The notes below the pieces were generated by a model. The model was not told where the DNA came from and made no database searches. It saw only the letters and a program-made list of their open reading frames with translations. DNA of 61,718 nucleotides, filler included, from Bacteriovoracaceae bacterium (GTDB taxonomy: Bacteria > Bdellovibrionota > Bacteriovoracia > Bacteriovoracales > Bacteriovoracaceae): NCBI GenBank assembly GCA_018649885.1. It is 4 parts of 4 records of this genome, joined end to end, with 100 filler letters (N's around TTAATTAATTAA, not from the genome) between each part and the next. Parts side by side here need not be neighbours in the genome. Positions count along the whole stretch, not along the records: positions 55,127 to 61,718 come from JABIHA010000124.1; 3 more parts are not named here. The stretch is one strand, 5' to 3'. Positions 57,187 through 61,718 of this stretch are shown here, in pieces. Each line of letters opens with the position of its first letter. The first letter of the stretch is position 1. A program made the translations under genes and the position numbers.

Positions 57187-59265
57187 CTACCTCAAGGTGG
57201 GGTAGCTTACATTTTCATCGATAGTCCAAACACTAGATAAATCCCAAGATGCACCCGTGTAGACGGCCCCTGTTTTAAGCTCACTTGAAGCAAGTCCCAT
57301 GGCACCACCAACATTTGAGTCAGGGCATCCCCCTGATCCGTAGGCCACGGCACATCCAGTATCTAGGAAATAGCTGGCCGAGACAGCACCACTTGTATAA
57401 GAACCTACAAAAGTACCTACAGCTCCAGTGGCCAAAATTCGTGTAAAACCACCACTGCCTATTGCTGCAATGTCTCCCACTGCCTGTCCTTTGGCCGATG
57501 AGGCCGTGACGGATCCAGTTGAATAGCAGTCGGCCATATTAAAGGTTCCGGCAAAATTAATACTGCCTACAAGACCTCCCACATTTATAGATCCTGCCTC
57601 TCCCACATTTGCAGTGGAAGAACATCCACTAATAGAGATACTTCCTCCACCTGCGCTATAGGCATTGCCAATGATACCTCCAGTTCCGGCGCCCACCACA
57701 GTGCCACCCACAGATAGCGAGGACATGGTTACTGTCCCCCCTGAAAGAGACATATCGCCTATAATACCTCCAGAATATGAACTGGCATCAACTGTAGTGC
57801 TTGAAATAGTAACACCCGTGATTGTAACTATTCCCCCAGTAATATCCATTCTTCCAGCGATGCCACCCGTGAAGTTGTTGGAAACCGTGCTTACGTTGCT
57901 TCCGGTAATATCAATTTCACTAATGGTCAAAGTTCCAGAACCGCTGATCTTTCCCATCACAAAGCCAGACTCTCCGCCATTATTAGGGATGGTGACATTG
58001 TATAAAATAATATTTTGAATCCCGGCACTTGAAGTTAGTGCTGCTTCACCAACAAGCACTCCATTTTGAGTACTACTTGTAATATTTGTAAGAGACGAGT
58101 TGGTTATGTTGAGGAATGCAATTTCTCCACCATCACCAAGTTTTCGAAAAATTCCACCAAAGTTATTACCGCCATTGTCTAAAATAAGATTTGAAATAGT
58201 AAACCCGCCCCCATTAAATTGGCCTGTAAACGAGCTGGGTGCACCACCTGTTCCACCTATAGGAATCAAGGTCTGTCCTGTAAGGTCTAAGTCCGACATT
58301 AAAAAGAAGCTTTTGGTCAAATAGGTTCCATTATTGGTGATAGAGTTGAGTTGGGCCAAAGTACAAATGCCGTAGGGGTCGCTTGTGAGTCCAGAGCCTA
58401 TTTCAAAAGGTGCATTTCCATCACAAGGATAGCTCACTCCCCCATCTTTTAAAAAAAGATTAGTTGTAAGGTAGCTTCCGTTATTAACACTTTCAACAAT
58501 CAACTCTCCAGGATTAGAAATACTGGGGTTATCTAAAAGGGAGATAAGTCCGGTATCTAAGGATTTAGTTCTAATGAGATTAGAACAAGAGCCATCCTTG
58601 TAAAGATGAATATTGACAGGATATTTAAAACCGCTGCCCGTATTCCCAACAGGAATTTTAATAGGAGTATCAGTAGAAGAGTTTGATGAGTTGGTTTGAA
58701 AACATTGCGAAGTTAAATCACTTGAGTCACTCATTTCCAAACTCACTTCAAAAGAGCGGTAAAAGACCCCAGTATTGATGTCACAAAAAGAAGGAGTATT
58801 AAATGCCCCAGACATTCCCTGTCTACAGCTACTCACTCTCAGAGGAGTTAAAGTTCCCCCACTTAGAAATTCAGAACTAGAAAGATCTGTTGAGTTACAT
58901 CCCGATGAAGACAGAGATAAATCCACCGAAATATCCAGTCCCTCTAAAGTGAAACTTTTTATTTGGCAGTTAACAGTTCCTTCAAAGTAAGATTCCCCTG
59001 CTCCAGCTGTCCAGGCCAGTGCTGCAATATCGTATTCTCCACTTTCTAGATTTAGAGAAAAAGAGCCGCCGGTGGTATTTAGTGCAAAACTCTTAATGGA
59101 TCCTGTGCTTTGATTTTTTACATAGACAACACTGCCACCTGCGCTACTTACGGCCATGGAATCAGACTTTATAGTCAACCTTGTCAAACTAGGATCTTCT
59201 CTTTCTCCACAGGAAACAAAGATAAAAGATAGGACCCACAAATATATGATTAAATGTTTACTCAT
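57187..59265 (-). CDS. Surface lipoprotein with GLUG-like Gly-rich beta-solenoid
   Basis: FVSC lipobox; GSG..SDPY.I, FTGQFNGGGFTISNL, repeated GGIxG, terminal W.I....YPTL. Confidence 0.8.
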   Translation of the reverse strand: MSKHLIIYLWVLSFIFVSCGEREDPSLTRLTIKSDSMAVSSAGGSVVYVKNQSTGSIKSFALNTTGGSFSLNLESGEYDIAALAWTAGAGESYFEGTVNCQIKSFTLEGLDISVDLSLSSSGCNSTDLSSSEFLSGGTLTPLRVSSCRQGMSGAFNTPSFCDINTGVFYRSFEVSLEMSDSSDLTSQCFQTNSSNSSTDTPIKIPVGNTGSGFKYPVNIHLYKDGSCSNLIRTKSLDTGLISLLDNPSISNPGELIVESVNNGSYLTTNLFLKDGGVSYPCDGNAPFEIGSGLTSDPYGICTLAQLNSITNNGTYLTKSFFLMSDLDLTGQTLIPIGGTGGAPSSFTGQFNGGGFTISNLILDNGGNNFGGIFRKLGDGGEIAFLNITNSSLTNITSSTQNGVLVGEAALTSSAGIQNIILYNVTIPNNGGESGFVMGKISGSGTLTISEIDITGSNVSTVSNNFTGGIAGRMDITGGIVTITGVTISSTTVDASSYSGGIIGDMSLSGGTVTMSSLSVGGTVVGAGTGGIIGNAYSAGGGSISISGCSSTANVGEAGSINVGGLVGSINFAGTFNMADCYSTGSVTASSAKGQAVGDIAAIGSGGFTRILATGAVGTFVGSYTSGAVSASYFLDTGCAVAYGSGGCPDSNVGGAMGLASSELKTGAVYTGASWDLSSVWTIDENVSYPTLR

Positions 59266-59396
59266 GGTTAAATTTTAAGGGGAGAAATGTCTTACGAACA
59301 GTCTCGCCGCCCCGCTCCTGGCGGCGATTAAAGAAAAGTTAATGCACTCAATATTTTGTGAAAATGGCACAAATATTGAATGCATAGCAATATATT

Positions 59397-60638
59397 TTAA
59401 TGTTTCAAAACGTCGCGATCAAAAATGGCCTTCTTCAATTGGTAAATACCGGCCTTTCTTAAATTCATAACCTCAAACAAAGAGTGACCTTTCTCAGAAA
59501 AGTCTAAAACATTTCCTTTGAGCATATGTGTGACCAAAATGTCTCCTTCAACTCTTACATAACCAGGAGCATCTTTTTGTTCGTGAGTGGCCTTTTTATT
59601 ACTCATCTCGATAATGCTTTTTGAGCCGTCAGCAAGAGTAATAGCGAACTTAAATTCTTTTGGGTATTTCATTTTATTAGCAGCTTTAACCATATCTTTT
59701 CGCCCACTAATAGTTGGCTCAATTCCAGTAATCGTTCCTAAAATACGCTTGCCACCAACTGACATATAAGCGATGTTTTCAACAATCTTCTCTGCCTTTT
59801 TTATGGCACCTTTTTTATTAAAGACTTTGGCCGCAATTACAGTGGTGTTCTTGGTAAAACTTCTTCCCCAATACCAACTCTTTATTGTTGATCCCATTGG
59901 TACTGTTCCGTAATTATGATCGTGATAACCGAGTCCATTAATAACACCTTTTTTAATGATAGTGCCATCAAGAGCTGTAAGTTGATAATCTCCAGTAACC
60001 TTTCCTCTAGGAACCGAGACAACCCATTTGTGATACTCCTTAGGATTGTTTTTGTTTACATAGAGATAACCCTTTTTATGCATCCAACTTTTTTCGATCC
60101 CTACAATTTCGATATTGGCCTTAAAGTTTTGCCCGCTTACTGAGTCAGTTTGATTGAGCGTCAGTTGGTAGGTTTTAACTCCATTTGCATCAATCGACCT
60201 TGCAACTGAGCTATTTTCCATAGTAAGTGCATAGTTTTTTATATCAAATTGAACACTTTTTCTGTCTACTCCATAATCTTGAATAGAAAAGATTTTGCCA
60301 CTGGGAAGCATCCCTTGTGCAATACTTCCTACAAAATCTGAAGGTCTAGGGTTTTTTGGATGAAGAAGATAGCTTCTAGTGAGCCTTGGATCAAATCCGT
60401 TGGGCCCAAGAAATGCCACTGATAATTGAAGTCCATCATCACTTGTAAGGTCAAAGTAGAGCCACTCGTAGCCATACTTAGAGACCTCGCCCATGTGATG
60501 CCATTTTTCATCATAGTCAGTAGGTGTGGCACTGATGGCGGAAAAAGAAGTGATCAATAGACAAATGATACAAATTAAATGCGTGATTTTTTGCAAAGTT
60601 ATCTCCTGAATGGATTTAGTTTTGTGGAAATTTAGCAC
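59397..60638 (-). CDS. Secreted CrtC/AttH-like (lipocalin-fold) protein
   Basis: EWLYFD...DDG, GYHDHNYG, WYWGR; signal peptide; start uncertain. Confidence 0.6.
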   Translation of the reverse strand: MLNFHKTKSIQEITLQKITHLICIICLLITSFSAISATPTDYDEKWHHMGEVSKYGYEWLYFDLTSDDGLQLSVAFLGPNGFDPRLTRSYLLHPKNPRPSDFVGSIAQGMLPSGKIFSIQDYGVDRKSVQFDIKNYALTMENSSVARSIDANGVKTYQLTLNQTDSVSGQNFKANIEIVGIEKSWMHKKGYLYVNKNNPKEYHKWVVSVPRGKVTGDYQLTALDGTIIKKGVINGLGYHDHNYGTVPMGSTIKSWYWGRSFTKNTTVIAAKVFNKKGAIKKAEKIVENIAYMSVGGKRILGTITGIEPTISGRKDMVKAANKMKYPKEFKFAITLADGSKSIIEMSNKKATHEQKDAPGYVRVEGDILVTHMLKGNVLDFSEKGHSLFEVMNLRKAGIYQLKKAIFDRDVLKH

Positions 60639-60873
60639 AAAGTATTCGAATTAATTCCTTAAATTTTCCTAAACAAAATAATTGTTTCAAAACTAACTGG
60701 GACATTGAAATCCAAAGAAAGTCTGAGTGGTGAAACATCACGATCATATTAAGGGTTTCTTAATCAATGCCAATAGAAGGTTATTTTTACAAAATTTGTC
60801 TTAGTCATTAACAAAGCATTCACTGAGAGCAATGACTAGAGGACCTAACACGCTTTGAGAACGGGAGAAAAAC

Positions 60874-61314
60874 GTGAAATACCTACTGGCATTAGCCTGC
60901 GTTGCATCATTTAGCGCTTACGCAGACGAAGAAATCAAAACAACTTGCAATGTGAAAAACTCCATTGATGCAAAAGAATGTCTGAGAATTGACTCTTATA
61001 AAAGATACAGTGAAGGTGAACTCGAACACACTATTGGTGTGACTAGATACCGCAGGGGAAAAAAGGCCTTTGAACAAATCACAGGAAAAAAACCCACTAC
61101 CAAATATGTTGGTGTCGTAGAGGTTCATTACGACGAAGATCAACTTTTATATTATGAAATTCCTGTAGGTAAGAATGTATCACCAGTATTAGTTGGGGAT
61201 TATAACACTGCCGATTTATCAGAAGATTACTATGATGAAGACGGAGAAGTAACTGAAGGCTCTGAGTATACTTACGCCCTTAAGATCAAAGGCCTTGAAG
61301 ACTTTCATCTCTAA
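60874..61314 (+). CDS. Secreted hypothetical protein
   Basis: GGGAG RBS, signal peptide ending AYA. Confidence 0.7.
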   Translation: MKYLLALACVASFSAYADEEIKTTCNVKNSIDAKECLRIDSYKRYSEGELEHTIGVTRYRRGKKAFEQITGKKPTTKYVGVVEVHYDEDQLLYYEIPVGKNVSPVLVGDYNTADLSEDYYDEDGEVTEGSEYTYALKIKGLEDFHL

Positions 61315-61329
61315 GAGTAAATTAAGAGC

Positions 61330-61718
61330 TTAAATCTTTTTTATAAACAGTTCTTTATCAAAGCGAACTCTTTCACTAAAAAGTCCATGAGGGGCGCGTT
61401 TTCCTGCACTGATGGCCATGCATACTTCGCTATTTCTATCTAATCCCAGAAGGCCTTTAATCCTAACGGGGTCTAACCCCTCCATAGGACAGCTATCATA
61501 CCCATAAGCACGAAAGGCCAACATCAAGTTTTCGCAGGCAAGAGCAGTTGATTTATGGGCCCAAACTCTCATATCGCTATGACTTGTAGGAGCTCCCGGA
61601 ACAATATCACCTTTTAATCTTTGAAAGAAAAAAAGAACCCTCTTAATAGTACCAAACCAATTCAAAAATCCTTGATTGTAAGCAAGCTTAGCAATTTTTT
61701 GGTAGTAATAATAAGCAC
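61330..61718 (-). CDS. Nitroreductase-family protein, 5' part outside window
   Basis: KSTALACENLMLA.RA.GYDSCPMEG.D motif; frame open to window end. Confidence 0.82.
   Translation of the reverse strand, partial: AYYYYQKIAKLAYNQGFLNWFGTIKRVLFFFQRLKGDIVPGAPTSHSDMRVWAHKSTALACENLMLAFRAYGYDSCPMEGLDPVRIKGLLGLDRNSEVCMAISAGKRAPHGLFSERVRFDKELFIKKI

Overview
The window is a draft-assembly concatenation of four contigs (1-26838, 26939-41319, 41420-55026, 55127-61718) joined by artificial N..TTAATTAATTAA..N linkers, so adjacency across linkers has no biological meaning. Contigs 1, 3 and 4 read like the chromosome of an AT-rich predatory bacterium; the Bdellovibrionota/Bacteriovoracia assignment is inferred from gene content. 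They carry a heme operon (hemA, hemC-hemD fusion, hemL, a two-component pair, hemE, hemN), a lone TadA/CpaF ATPase, a probable ceramide cluster (bCerS-like GNAT, Spt, CerR-like reductase), a secreted peptidase cluster and many secreted or lipoprotein orphans. Contig 2 is a capsid-less integrative element (P4-type tyrosine integrase, Xis-like HTH, CI-like repressor, D5/SF3 helicase). It abuts the 5' half of a tRNA-Lys(CTT) gene cut exactly at the anticodon loop. It carries two unusual modules: a coupled ParB - amino-DNA-methyltransferase - GNAT operon, and a cargo array punctuated by three divergent copies (two truncated, one full) of the same small ORF. Ends of IS256-like and IS66-like elements explain two contig breaks. 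All product calls come from motif recognition by eye; no database search was run.
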